A stretch of 10,445 nucleotides of DNA from a bacterium. GTDB lineage: Bacteria > SAR324 > XYD2-FULL-50-16. The stretch is from contig JAVVEA010000027.1 of NCBI GenBank assembly GCA_032250835.1, positions 1 to 10,445 on the forward strand, given 5' to 3'. The notes below the pieces were generated by a model. That model was given only the letters and a program-made list of their open reading frames with translations, did no database searches and was not told the origin of the DNA. Made by a program: the position numbers and the translations under genes. Positions 1-7,316 of this stretch are shown here, piece by piece. Position 1 is the first letter of the stretch. Every line of letters starts with the position of its first letter.

Positions 1-134
1 CGGGCCATGTAATAACCCACCTGTTGGATCTCGCGGTCCTCTAGGTTTTTGATCACCTCCGAGGAACCTTCCTCGCCTAAAGCCAGCAACAAGATAGCCG
101 CCTTTTTGGGGCCCGTCAGTTTACCTACCGCCAT
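1..134 (-). CDS. fliG: Flagellar motor switch protein FliG, N-terminal 44 aa (runs off the left edge)
   Basis: Manual translation from ATG at 134: MAVGKLTGPKKAAILLLALGEEGSSEVIKNLEDREIQQVGYYMA. This matches the FliG N-terminal pattern L(T/S)GxxKAAILLLxLGEE. SD-like GAGGTG (complement of 141-146) lies 6 nt upstream. Not in the ORF track because it is truncated. Confidence 0.88.
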   Translation of the reverse strand, partial: MAVGKLTGPKKAAILLLALGEEGSSEVIKNLEDREIQQVGYYMA

Positions 135-181
135 GACCTACACCTCAAATCAAGCCAATAATCAAAATTGAGTGCGCCTCT

Positions 182-210
182 ATTTTGCACCAATTTAATG
201 CGAATGTCCA
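182..210 (-). promoter_or_regulatory. Candidate sigma70-type promoter for fliG
   Basis: On the minus strand TGGACA (210-205), 17 nt spacer, CAAAAT (187-182): 5/6 and 4/6 matches to TTGACA/TATAAT, in an AT-rich intergenic stretch about 48 nt above the fliG start. Confidence 0.35.
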
Positions 211-237
211 AAATCTTTCACCAACCTTTTCCCCATC

Positions 238-261
238 CAGCGGCCCAATGGCGCGCCGCTG
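238..261 (-). other. GC-rich stem-loop immediately after the deacetylase stop codon
   Basis: CAGCGGC (238-244) / GCCGCTG (255-261), perfect 7-bp inverted repeat with a 10-nt loop, abutting the TAG at 262-264. No U-tract. Confidence 0.45.
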
Positions 262-1548
262 CTAACCCTTGGTCAGTTCGCTCGCCCGAACCAACTCAAT
301 GCCCGCCGCCTTTAACAGGGGCAACATTTCTTTTAAAACCGCCAAGGTATCTTCGCGGGGGTGCCCGATGGCAACGGCTATCCCTTGGCTTTTGGCCAGT
401 TCCATCGCCTTCAAAAAGGCGGCGTGCACCGCCTCTTTGCTAGGGTCTTGATCTAAAAACAGGTTGCGACTGAAAAAGGGCACCGCGTATTTTTTGGCTT
501 CCGATAACGAAGTGGTGCTGGCGGCGGTCCGGCTATCTAAAAAGAACATCCCCTGGGCACTCAGTTCCTTCATCACCTCGGCCATGCCCGAAGCGTCCTG
601 GGTAAAGGCCGAGCCCATGTGGTTGTTGACCCCAATAGCGTGGGGCACCGAAGCGAAATTTTTGCGCAACTTCAACATCAAGGTTTCTGGGTTGTCGCTG
701 GTCAACAAAGCCCCAACGCCGGGGTTGATCTCGGGAAACTGCATCGGCTGCATGGGCATATGCAACATCACCTCAAGCCCCATGCGGTGAGCCATTTCGG
801 CGGTGGCGGTGCTGTGGCTTAATTGCGGTAAGACCGAGAAGGTCAAGTTGGAATTCAACTTGGCGAAGCGCTCAAAGACGCCCATATTTTGGCCCATGTC
901 ATCGATGATGATCACCAAACGCCCCTGGGGCCCATTGGCGGCCAATTGTTCGCCAAAAGAGTCGGTGTCGATGGCCGGGACCGCCAACGGGGCGGCTTCG
1001 GCTAAAGGCTTGTCTAGAATCTCCGGCTCCACTTCGGGCTTCTTGCCTATCTTAGCCTGGGCCCCACGCTGCGCTTCGACACGCACCCAAAGATTTCCCT
1101 CTTTTAAAAAGTCCAACTCGTAACGCGGCACCTTGCCGCTGCCCTGGTTGGGTGTCAGTTTTTTGATCTTGATCCCTAAACCTTCTTGTACGGCAAAGGC
1201 CTGGGCTAGATCAAAGAGGCGTTCTTCCTTGATGCGGTTGAACTTTTGTAGGTAAGAAACATAACCATGCCCACCCAAGCCTTCTACCGAAGCCACTCGG
1301 TCGGTTTGTTTGAACAGTAACAGCCCCCCATGACTTTGGCGCAAATGGGCCGACAAACGCCGGGCAAAGTCCTTTTGGGCCTGATAGTTTTCTGTGCGGA
1401 TGTCCAGGTTTTCGGCACTCGGGAGGTCATCAGGAAAACTGGGAGTGCGGGCAAATACCAGCGAGAAACACAACATGAGAGCCAAGACCCCAATTCCGGC
1501 ATAGGCTATTTTGGGGTTACTGAAGAAACTCTTAAATCGGTTCAGCAT
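262..1548 (-). CDS. Divergent polysaccharide deacetylase family protein (YibQ/DUF610-like) with N-terminal membrane anchor or signal peptide
   Basis: 428-aa ORF. The C-terminal half has the family motifs IIIDDMG, HMPMQP, GVNNHMGS, FFLDSRT, RNLFLD and AIGHP. Hydrophobic segment IAYAGIGVLALMLCFSLVFA near the N-terminus, then about 170 aa of unassigned sequence including a Pro/Ala/Glu-rich linker. Confidence 0.9.
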   Translation of the reverse strand: MLNRFKSFFSNPKIAYAGIGVLALMLCFSLVFARTPSFPDDLPSAENLDIRTENYQAQKDFARRLSAHLRQSHGGLLLFKQTDRVASVEGLGGHGYVSYLQKFNRIKEERLFDLAQAFAVQEGLGIKIKKLTPNQGSGKVPRYELDFLKEGNLWVRVEAQRGAQAKIGKKPEVEPEILDKPLAEAAPLAVPAIDTDSFGEQLAANGPQGRLVIIIDDMGQNMGVFERFAKLNSNLTFSVLPQLSHSTATAEMAHRMGLEVMLHMPMQPMQFPEINPGVGALLTSDNPETLMLKLRKNFASVPHAIGVNNHMGSAFTQDASGMAEVMKELSAQGMFFLDSRTAASTTSLSEAKKYAVPFFSRNLFLDQDPSKEAVHAAFLKAMELAKSQGIAVAIGHPREDTLAVLKEMLPLLKAAGIELVRASELTKG

Positions 1549-1570
1549 GGTGATCCAGCAAGATTAGGTT

Positions 1571-1612
1571 GGCAGAGGCCGGGGAAAAATGACGCCCCCC
1601 GGCTCGACTGCC
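1571..1612 (-). other. Intercistronic imperfect stem-loop between the glpX-like gene and the deacetylase
   Basis: GCCGGGG (1578-1584) / CCCCGGC (1597-1603) core, flanked by GGCAG (1571-1575) / CTGCC (1608-1612). Confidence 0.45.
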
Positions 1613-1635
1613 CATTAGAAAAGCAAGGATCGTTC

Positions 1636-2580
1636 CTAGAAGACCGGCATGTGGTCAAAGAAGTGGGTCGTTTCGATCCGGCGGAAGGTTCGGCTTTCTC
1701 CCCTAGCCACAAAAGAATGGGTCACCGCACCGTTACGGGTAAAGTGCACCCCGTTTAAAAACTGCCCTTGGGTGATGCCGGTGGCGGCAAAGGAAACCTC
1801 GTGGCTGTCGGCGAGGTCTTCTACCTTATATACCCGCTCGGGCTGTTCCATCCCAAACTCACGCGCCAGCGCCCGGTCAGCGTCGTTTTCGATGATCAAA
1901 CGGCCTTCTAGGTATCCACCTAAGCAGCGGATCGCGGCGGCGATCATGCCTAAATCAGGGGCCAAACCGATGCCCATAAACAAGTCGGCCTTGCCGGTCA
2001 AAACCGAGAGCGCCCCAGAGATTTCGCCCGCAGCGATTCGCTTGATCCGCGCTCCACAGGACTGGATTTGGGTGATCAATTCATGGTGCCGAGGCGCGTC
2101 TAAAACCACCACCGTGATGTTTTCAGTGTATTTCTTTAAAGACCGCGCCACCCGCTTAATATTAGTCGTCGGGGGTTGGGTTAGGTCCACCACGCCATAG
2201 GCCTCTTGGGGTACCACAATCAACTCGGCCCAAAGCCGCGGGAGAGGCATTAAATTTCCCGGCGTGGCGATGGCGGCGAAGCTGGCGGAGTTGTTTTTCC
2301 CATGGGCAGTGGATTCAAAGCCCTCCACGCTGAGGCTCGCGATTTCCATGTCGTTGGTGCCGAAGCCCGCCGAGGGCGGCAAGGGCATGATCCCTTCTTT
2401 ACCCATAAAGCGGTCGTTGATCACCTGCGCGCGGACATTGATCCGGCCCAACCCGCGCACCAAAGCGGCGCGCGAAGCGTTCAGCAGCCGCTTGGGGTCG
2501 CCTTGACCTTGGTGTAAAGCAGCCGTCAAAGCAGCCAGTTCGGTGGCCCGAACCAGCTCCATCCCGTAGTTTTGGTCCAT
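1636..2580 (-). CDS. glpX: GlpX-family (class II fructose-1,6-bisphosphatase fold) protein with degenerate active site
   Basis: 314-aa uninterrupted ORF, colinear with GlpX end to end: MELVRATELAAL, GxGD, TVVVLDAPRH, GARIKRI, DLFMGIG, AAAIRCLGG, FAATGITQGQFLNGV, THSFV...RTFRRI. Catalytic and metal-binding motifs are altered (see findings). Confidence 0.88.
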   Translation of the reverse strand: MDQNYGMELVRATELAALTAALHQGQGDPKRLLNASRAALVRGLGRINVRAQVINDRFMGKEGIMPLPPSAGFGTNDMEIASLSVEGFESTAHGKNNSASFAAIATPGNLMPLPRLWAELIVVPQEAYGVVDLTQPPTTNIKRVARSLKKYTENITVVVLDAPRHHELITQIQSCGARIKRIAAGEISGALSVLTGKADLFMGIGLAPDLGMIAAAIRCLGGYLEGRLIIENDADRALAREFGMEQPERVYKVEDLADSHEVSFAATGITQGQFLNGVHFTRNGAVTHSFVARGESRTFRRIETTHFFDHMPVF

Positions 2581-2588
2581 AGTGTAAA

Positions 2589-4391
2589 TTAAAGCGCCAA
2601 TGCGCGGATTTGGGTGATCAGCTCGCGGCGTTCCGCCTGTAATTCCTTGGCTTTTGAGGTATCGCGCACCTGTTTGGGGCGGTCGAATTCATCAATCACC
2701 TCAACCCGCAACGGCACCGACTCACTCTTTAGGTTAGCTTCCTTCATCTCTTCGGGCGTCGGTAAGATGATCCCGTACAACATGGTTGGGGTGTGGACCA
2801 GCGCATGCCCACGGTTGTAATAGGCTGCTGCAAACCCGCCGTCCACGTTAATCGCCACGCCATCTTCGCTGGCCATACATTTGCCTTTGGTCACGTCCAC
2901 CGGGGTGTGCCCAAAGATCACCCGATCGGCATGAAATTCCTTTAATATCTTTTGCTTAAAAGATAAGGTATCTAGGTTTTTCTTCCAAAAGAGGCTCGGT
3001 TCCTTGTGGGTTTCTTTATCGTTTAAGTAGTAGCGCTCAAAGGTCTTCATCGCTTCTTTACCAAAGAAAGGACTTTTGGGGCCGCACCAGAGATAAAAGA
3101 ACAACGCCTGATCGGCTTCGGGAACTTGGACACCGGCTATGTATGCCTTTCCAGCCCGCTTGATGCTCGCATCGATATGGTCGAGCAAGGGCTTGCCCCG
3201 ATGGCCCAGAAATTCTTCAAACTCGCCATCTGCCGTACTGGGGATCAAGGCGTGGATGTTGAGTAAGTTGTGGTGCACAAAATAGGTGTGCCCCTTCTCG
3301 AAGAAAAAGGATAAGAGCCGTTTGAGCTGGACATTACTGAGGAACTGACGTTCCAAATCATCAATCACCGCCCTTTCTTCGGGCGTTAGTTGCGCCGGGT
3401 GGTCGGGGTCGATGGTCGGGAAGTGGGTGTCGTTGAGTCCTTGGGTTTGACCGCTTTGGAGCATCTCGCCCAAGAGCCGGATCGAGCGACGTCCCTCCAT
3501 GTTCCATTCGGGATGTTTGCTGATCAGCCTATCTTCTAGTTTAAACTGGATCACGCTTAGGGCTTTTTCCATCGCCCGCCCCAGGTCGGTCTTGGCCTTA
3601 AACTTGGCCGTGGCCAGTTCCACCGGGTAGGTCTTTTTGGCAAATTCAGCTAGCTTGCTGTAGTCGATACCGAGCCGCTTGATCAGCTCAAAGTGATCAT
3701 AGCGGCTGCTGATGCGCATCGCTTCAGCGATCAAGCTACGGTTGCCGGTGGCAGCGCCCATCCAAAGAATGTCATGGTTGCCAAAGACCATCCGCACAAT
3801 GGGCTGGTAATTCTTTGAAGACAAAATCCGGATGATCTTGTCGGGCTGAGAGCCCCGGTCCCAAATGTCGCCTAAGACGATGATCCGGTCGAGCAGGACT
3901 TGCTTGATGGTGTGGCAGAGATGGGTGATGAAGCGCTCGGCAATGGCGGGTTCCTCAAAAACCGGATCGGGCACCTTCTGGTCCGCAATCAGGCGGCGTA
4001 CATATTCGCGATATTCTGGCTGGATCACCTCGTTGAGGTTATAGTCGACGTTGTCCAATTTATATTTGATGATGTCTGCCAGACAAAGGATTACGTCTTG
4101 GCGGTCCATCTTCAGTTCCCGGTCGTCGAAGTAAGACTGTTTGCGGATCACCCGCACCAAATATTGCAGTTTGGCTTCGCTGAAAGTTTTGGGTAAGGCT
4201 TCTTTACAGGTCTGGTAGGTCATCCCGAAACGACCGCGCAGGATGCTTTTGAAGCGGTCCCCTTCGCCGTGCAGGTCGCTGATCCAAAGGGTGGTCGGGA
4301 TGTTGGAGTTCAGGCGGCTGTCGATCTCTAGCAGCCTTTTTGAAAGTTGGTCTAATTGCTCAACGCCGCTTAAGTTGCTGGCCAAATTCAT
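2589..4391 (-). CDS. fbp: Class III fructose-1,6-bisphosphatase (Bacillus Fbp/YydE type, metallophosphoesterase fold)
   Basis: 600 aa. Metallophosphoesterase motifs [23 protein letters not shown] and FGHTPV, plus class III signatures [37 protein letters not shown] and [15 protein letters not shown] about 9 nt upstream of the ATG. Confidence 0.9.
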   Translation of the reverse strand: MNLASNLSGVEQLDQLSKRLLEIDSRLNSNIPTTLWISDLHGEGDRFKSILRGRFGMTYQTCKEALPKTFSEAKLQYLVRVIRKQSYFDDRELKMDRQDVILCLADIIKYKLDNVDYNLNEVIQPEYREYVRRLIADQKVPDPVFEEPAIAERFITHLCHTIKQVLLDRIIVLGDIWDRGSQPDKIIRILSSKNYQPIVRMVFGNHDILWMGAATGNRSLIAEAMRISSRYDHFELIKRLGIDYSKLAEFAKKTYPVELATAKFKAKTDLGRAMEKALSVIQFKLEDRLISKHPEWNMEGRRSIRLLGEMLQSGQTQGLNDTHFPTIDPDHPAQLTPEERAVIDDLERQFLSNVQLKRLLSFFFEKGHTYFVHHNLLNIHALIPSTADGEFEEFLGHRGKPLLDHIDASIKRAGKAYIAGVQVPEADQALFFYLWCGPKSPFFGKEAMKTFERYYLNDKETHKEPSLFWKKNLDTLSFKQKILKEFHADRVIFGHTPVDVTKGKCMASEDGVAINVDGGFAAAYYNRGHALVHTPTMLYGIILPTPEEMKEANLKSESVPLRVEVIDEFDRPKQVRDTSKAKELQAERRELITQIRALAL

Positions 4392-4433
4392 AGGTATTCG
4401 CCTCCAAGGTGAATTTCCCGCGTGGGTGCTCGT

Positions 4434-4799
4434 CTAATGTTGTTCGGCAATAAAGAACAATTCCTGGCGTACCTGTTCGGGGTCTCCGCTATTTAACTCC
4501 ACCAAACGACGCAAATGGGTTAGGCTGTCAATGTTGATTTCATCGAAGCGGAAGCCGTTTTGAAGCCCCTCTTGAAAGACCAAGGTAGCGCTCGTATCAA
4601 TCGAAGCATTAGCCCCATCCAATTGGATCGAAAACTGGCATTTATCTCCCTTGGAAATCTCCAAGGGTGCTTCGCAATGGACCAAAGCCCCTTTCAGGCT
4701 AAGGTCAATCAATTGGCAGATTTGCTCGCCCTTAGGCAGGTCGAGCTTGACCGAATGTTCAAAAGGAATCCGGTGGAAATGGCGGCGTTCTGAACTCAT
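4434..4799 (-). CDS. Single-domain PilZ protein, predicted c-di-GMP receptor
   Basis: 121 aa with both canonical motifs: RxxxR (ERRHFHR) and DxSxxG (DLSLKG). Ends in GFRF...LTHLRRLVELNSGD, typical of stand-alone PilZ proteins. Confidence 0.9.
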   Translation of the reverse strand: MSSERRHFHRIPFEHSVKLDLPKGEQICQLIDLSLKGALVHCEAPLEISKGDKCQFSIQLDGANASIDTSATLVFQEGLQNGFRFDEINIDSLTHLRRLVELNSGDPEQVRQELFFIAEQH

Positions 4800-5058
4800 G
4801 AGGGGCTACTGGATGGGTCACATTACTTATTGTTGTTACCTTGGACAGTTTACTGAAAAAAAACGCAAAGGTCCAATCCTTCTTTTTGCGGTTTGCTGGT
4901 CTCTGGTAGTTGAAACTTTAGAAGAAATTGAAGACATCCCAATATCTGGCTTGTTTTCTTAAAGGCCTCTAGATAGCCTCAGGGCCAGGATCTGCCCGTC
5001 CTCTCCCGATTCCCAGGGGTATCCGCCCTCTTATTATTCATATTAAAGGACTTTTACC

Positions 5059-6654
5059 ATGTCTTTGCGTGACCTTAAAATCGGCTATAAACTCTACGCC
5101 GGTTCGCTATCGATGCTGATCCTCTTTGCCGTTGCTAACGGCATCAACTTTTGGGGTATCAACTTTTCAAATCAGTCTTCAGACCTTTTGGCCACCCGCT
5201 ACCAGCAGATCACCCTGTTCCAAGAGTTGGAACAGCGCAATACGGGCATCATCTTGGTGATGATGGAAATCCTGCTGGATAAGGACACAGGAAAAGTAAG
5301 CGCTGAGCGAAAAACCAAACTGGCCAACATTTTCAATCAGATTGAAAGCGAACACCAGCTTTTACTCGCAGCTGCCGACACCAAGGAAGAAAAAGCGAAT
5401 GTCGAGTTGATCATCAAAAATGCCACGGCTTTAAAAAACCTTGCGGTACAGGACCTCTATCCGGCCATCGAACAGCGGTTGATCACCCCACAGTTCATGG
5501 AGCGCATGGACGCGCAGATCGACGCCAAAGGGGCCCAGAATAGCCAGTTGATCAAGGCGGTCACGACCAGCATCCAAGGCGAGATCGAGGAAGCCCGCCA
5601 GAGCCGAATGTCCGCATTGGATCAAGTAAACCTCTGGTCTACTATCGTATTGGTCGGCGGCTTTGCCGTTGGGGGTTTGGTCGCTTGGCTGTTAACGGCC
5701 AGTTTAAAAACCCCCATCGTCGAAATGATCGGGCTGCTCAAAAATATTGCCGAGGGGGACGGAGACTTAACCCAACGGCTGAACCTCAACCGCAAGGACG
5801 AGATCGGCGAAATCGCCTATTGGAACAACCGGTTTTTAGACAACATCCAACCCATCATCCGCGAGATCCAAGATCTATCGGCCACTTTGGTTTCTTCATC
5901 TGAGGAGCTTTCGGCCACAGCCACCGAGATGAACCAAACCACCGAGCGCATTGCCGAAGACAACGAGCGCAACGCTGCGGCAGTCAACCAGTCGACCACC
6001 TCGCTACAAGAGTTCAGCGCCGCCATTGAGAACATCACGCTCAAAATGCGCGAGATCAAAACCAAGTCCAGCGCCATCAACGATGGAGCCAACCGCGCCA
6101 ATGACGCGGCGCACCAAACGGACCAGTCGATGAAACAGATCGAGCAGTCGAGCCGCAAGATTGAAGGGATCATCCGCGTGATCACCGACATCGCCACCCA
6201 AACCAATCTCTTGAGCCTCAACGCCGCCATTGAGGCGGCCAAGGCGGGGGAATCGGGCAAGGGTTTTGCGGTGGTGGCCGAAGAGGTCCGCAGCTTGGCC
6301 GAGCGTAGCAATAATTCGGTTAGCGAAATCCAAAACCTGATCGAGACCAGCTCTGCTAATGTCTCTCAAGGGATTTCAGTGATCGACCTGACGGTGGAAG
6401 TCTTGCAAGGCATCATCGCGCAGATCAGCGACATCACCGCCGAGATCAACGAAATCACGGTAGGCGTCACCCAACAAGAGGCCAGCGTCCACGAGATGAC
6501 CAAAAGCGCCGACGAAATGGCCGGAACAGCCGAGAATAGCGTGATCTCTCTGCGCCAGCTTTCGGACGCCACCAGCGAGGTCGCCAAGACCACCGAAGAC
6601 CTGAGCCAGATGGCCTTGACCTTAGAATCCAAAGTGGGACGGTTTAAGGTATAA
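5059..6654 (+). CDS. Methyl-accepting chemotaxis protein (TM, periplasmic helical sensor, TM, HAMP, signalling domain)
   Basis: 531 aa. Two hydrophobic segments (about aa 11-33 and 192-213), HAMP motif [12 protein letters not shown]...DEIGEIA, hairpin tip [48 protein letters not shown] at 5045-5050. Confidence 0.96.
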   Translation: MSLRDLKIGYKLYAGSLSMLILFAVANGINFWGINFSNQSSDLLATRYQQITLFQELEQRNTGIILVMMEILLDKDTGKVSAERKTKLANIFNQIESEHQLLLAAADTKEEKANVELIIKNATALKNLAVQDLYPAIEQRLITPQFMERMDAQIDAKGAQNSQLIKAVTTSIQGEIEEARQSRMSALDQVNLWSTIVLVGGFAVGGLVAWLLTASLKTPIVEMIGLLKNIAEGDGDLTQRLNLNRKDEIGEIAYWNNRFLDNIQPIIREIQDLSATLVSSSEELSATATEMNQTTERIAEDNERNAAAVNQSTTSLQEFSAAIENITLKMREIKTKSSAINDGANRANDAAHQTDQSMKQIEQSSRKIEGIIRVITDIATQTNLLSLNAAIEAAKAGESGKGFAVVAEEVRSLAERSNNSVSEIQNLIETSSANVSQGISVIDLTVEVLQGIIAQISDITAEINEITVGVTQQEASVHEMTKSADEMAGTAENSVISLRQLSDATSEVAKTTEDLSQMALTLESKVGRFKV

Positions 6655-6683
6655 CCCAGGCGGGCATTGGGCCAAGCCCCAAC

Positions 6684-6726
6684 GCGCCGCTTTTCGATCA
6701 AGCAAAGCTTGACAGCAAAGCGGCGC
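6684..6726. repeat. 43-bp interrupted palindrome between the MCP gene and the tRNA
   Basis: GCGCCGCTTT (6684-6693) / AAAGCGGCGC (6717-6726) and TCAAGC (6698-6703) / GCTTGA (6707-6712), both centred on 6705. 16 of 20 arm positions are complementary. Confidence 0.85.
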
Positions 6727-6737
6727 CTGGATAAGGT
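6709..6737 (+). promoter_or_regulatory. Sigma70-type promoter of tRNA-Pro
   Basis: Perfect -35 TTGACA (6709-6714), 17-nt spacer, -10 TAAGGT (6732-6737, keeps the T, A and final T), 25 nt upstream of the mature tRNA 5' end. Confidence 0.75.
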
Positions 6738-6762
6738 ATTCGTCTACCCCAAGGGAGAATGT

Positions 6763-6839
6763 CGAGGCGTAGCGCAGTCCGGTAGCGCACTTGTCTGGGG
6801 GACAAGGGGTCGGAGGTTCAAGTCCTCTCGCCTCGACCA
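6763..6839 (+). tRNA. tRNA-Pro (anticodon GGG)
   Basis: 77 nt. Acceptor stem CGAGGCG/CGCCTCG, discriminator A and encoded CCA; D arm GCGC-AGTCCGGTA-GCGC; anticodon arm CTTGT-CTGGGGG-ACAAG with GGG at 6797-6799; T arm with GGTTCAAGTCC. Confidence 0.97.
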
Positions 6840-6976
6840 TTCCCTGCTCTGGCTTCGCGCCAATTCTAAGATTCCAACGTTGTTTGTAAGTTAGCGCCCG
6901 CTGCGCTCGTTAAGTCTGGGGGACAAGGGGTCGGAGGTTCAAGTCCTCTCGCCTCGACCATTCCCTGCTCTGGCTT
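6793..6976 (+). repeat. Exact 63-bp direct repeat (6793-6855 and 6914-6976) of the tRNA-Pro 3' half plus 16 nt of trailer
   Basis: GTCTGGGGGACAAGGGGTCGGAGGTTCAAGTCCTCTCGCCTCGACCATTCCCTGCTCTGGCTT occurs twice with a 121-bp period and a 58-bp spacer. The second copy lacks the 5' acceptor strand and D arm. Confidence 0.95.
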
Positions 6977-7266
6977 TACAGCTAATCTGCCAAGTCCCAA
7001 AAAGCCAAATTCCTTAAAACTTGACTAGTTCATGCCCAATCGGCAGTCCTTTGATCTATAGAGGGGCGCTTGATTGGTTAGGGTGCTGATTTTGAACTAG
7101 GCTGATAACTCACCTATTTTCTTGAATCCATCATGCTGGCCAGCTCGGAGCAGGTGGACCGGCGCTCGCTGCCAAGGAAAAGAGCCAAAACAATCACAGC
7201 CGAACCACCGGCTAATCGTCCTGCCAGTGAACCGTCCTGCCCGCCCAAAACATGGGCTCAGCTGGC

Positions 7267-7289
7267 GCTTGGTGTGATCGCCACCAAGC
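7267..7289 (-). other. Stem-loop downstream of the malic enzyme gene
   Basis: GCTTGGTG (7267-7274) / CACCAAGC (7282-7289), perfect 8 bp with a 7-nt loop, 27 nt past the stop codon. No U-tract. Confidence 0.5.
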
Positions 7290-7316
7290 CTGTACACAGT
7301 CCGAAGGGCCGCTAGA

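Noticed and set aside
1636-2580. Calling the glpX-like gene a pseudogene
   Set aside because: No stops, frameshifts or truncation, and structural motifs are conserved to the C-terminus, so it is kept as a CDS.
4800-5058. Sigma28 or sigma54 promoter for the MCP or PilZ gene
   Set aside because: I found no TAAA-N15-GCCGATAA or GG-N10-GC element with convincing consensus by eye. The short inverted repeat CGCAAA/TTTGCG (4864-4890) is too weak to call.
5059-5460. Lower GC in the MCP sensor region suggesting a domain swap
   Set aside because: The difference is modest, based on a few hand-counted lines, and explainable by K/N/I/F-rich composition and normal 5' AT bias.
6659-6694. Intrinsic terminator after the MCP (TTGGG/CCCAA then TTTT)
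   Set aside because: The stem is short, the T4 run is offset from it, and those bases are better explained as the left arm of the 6684-6726 palindrome.
168-6701. Numerous short antisense or alternate-frame ORFs (e.g. 1330-1758, 1649-2200, 5817-6311, 6004-6369)
   Set aside because: They overlap well-supported genes, show no recognisable motifs, and are expected shadows of GC-rich coding sequence.
6622-6894. ORFs 6622-6840 (-) and 6667-6894 (+)
   Set aside because: Both overlap the tRNA and its promoter. [11 protein letters not shown] is the typical antisense translation of a tRNA gene.
6914-6960. Second tRNA-Pro gene
   Set aside because: Only the anticodon loop through CCA is present. The upstream sequence cannot form the 5' acceptor strand, D arm or full anticodon stem.
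6793-6976. CRISPR-like repeat-spacer-repeat
   Set aside because: Only two copies, 63 bp long, derived from the tRNA, and no cas genes in the window.
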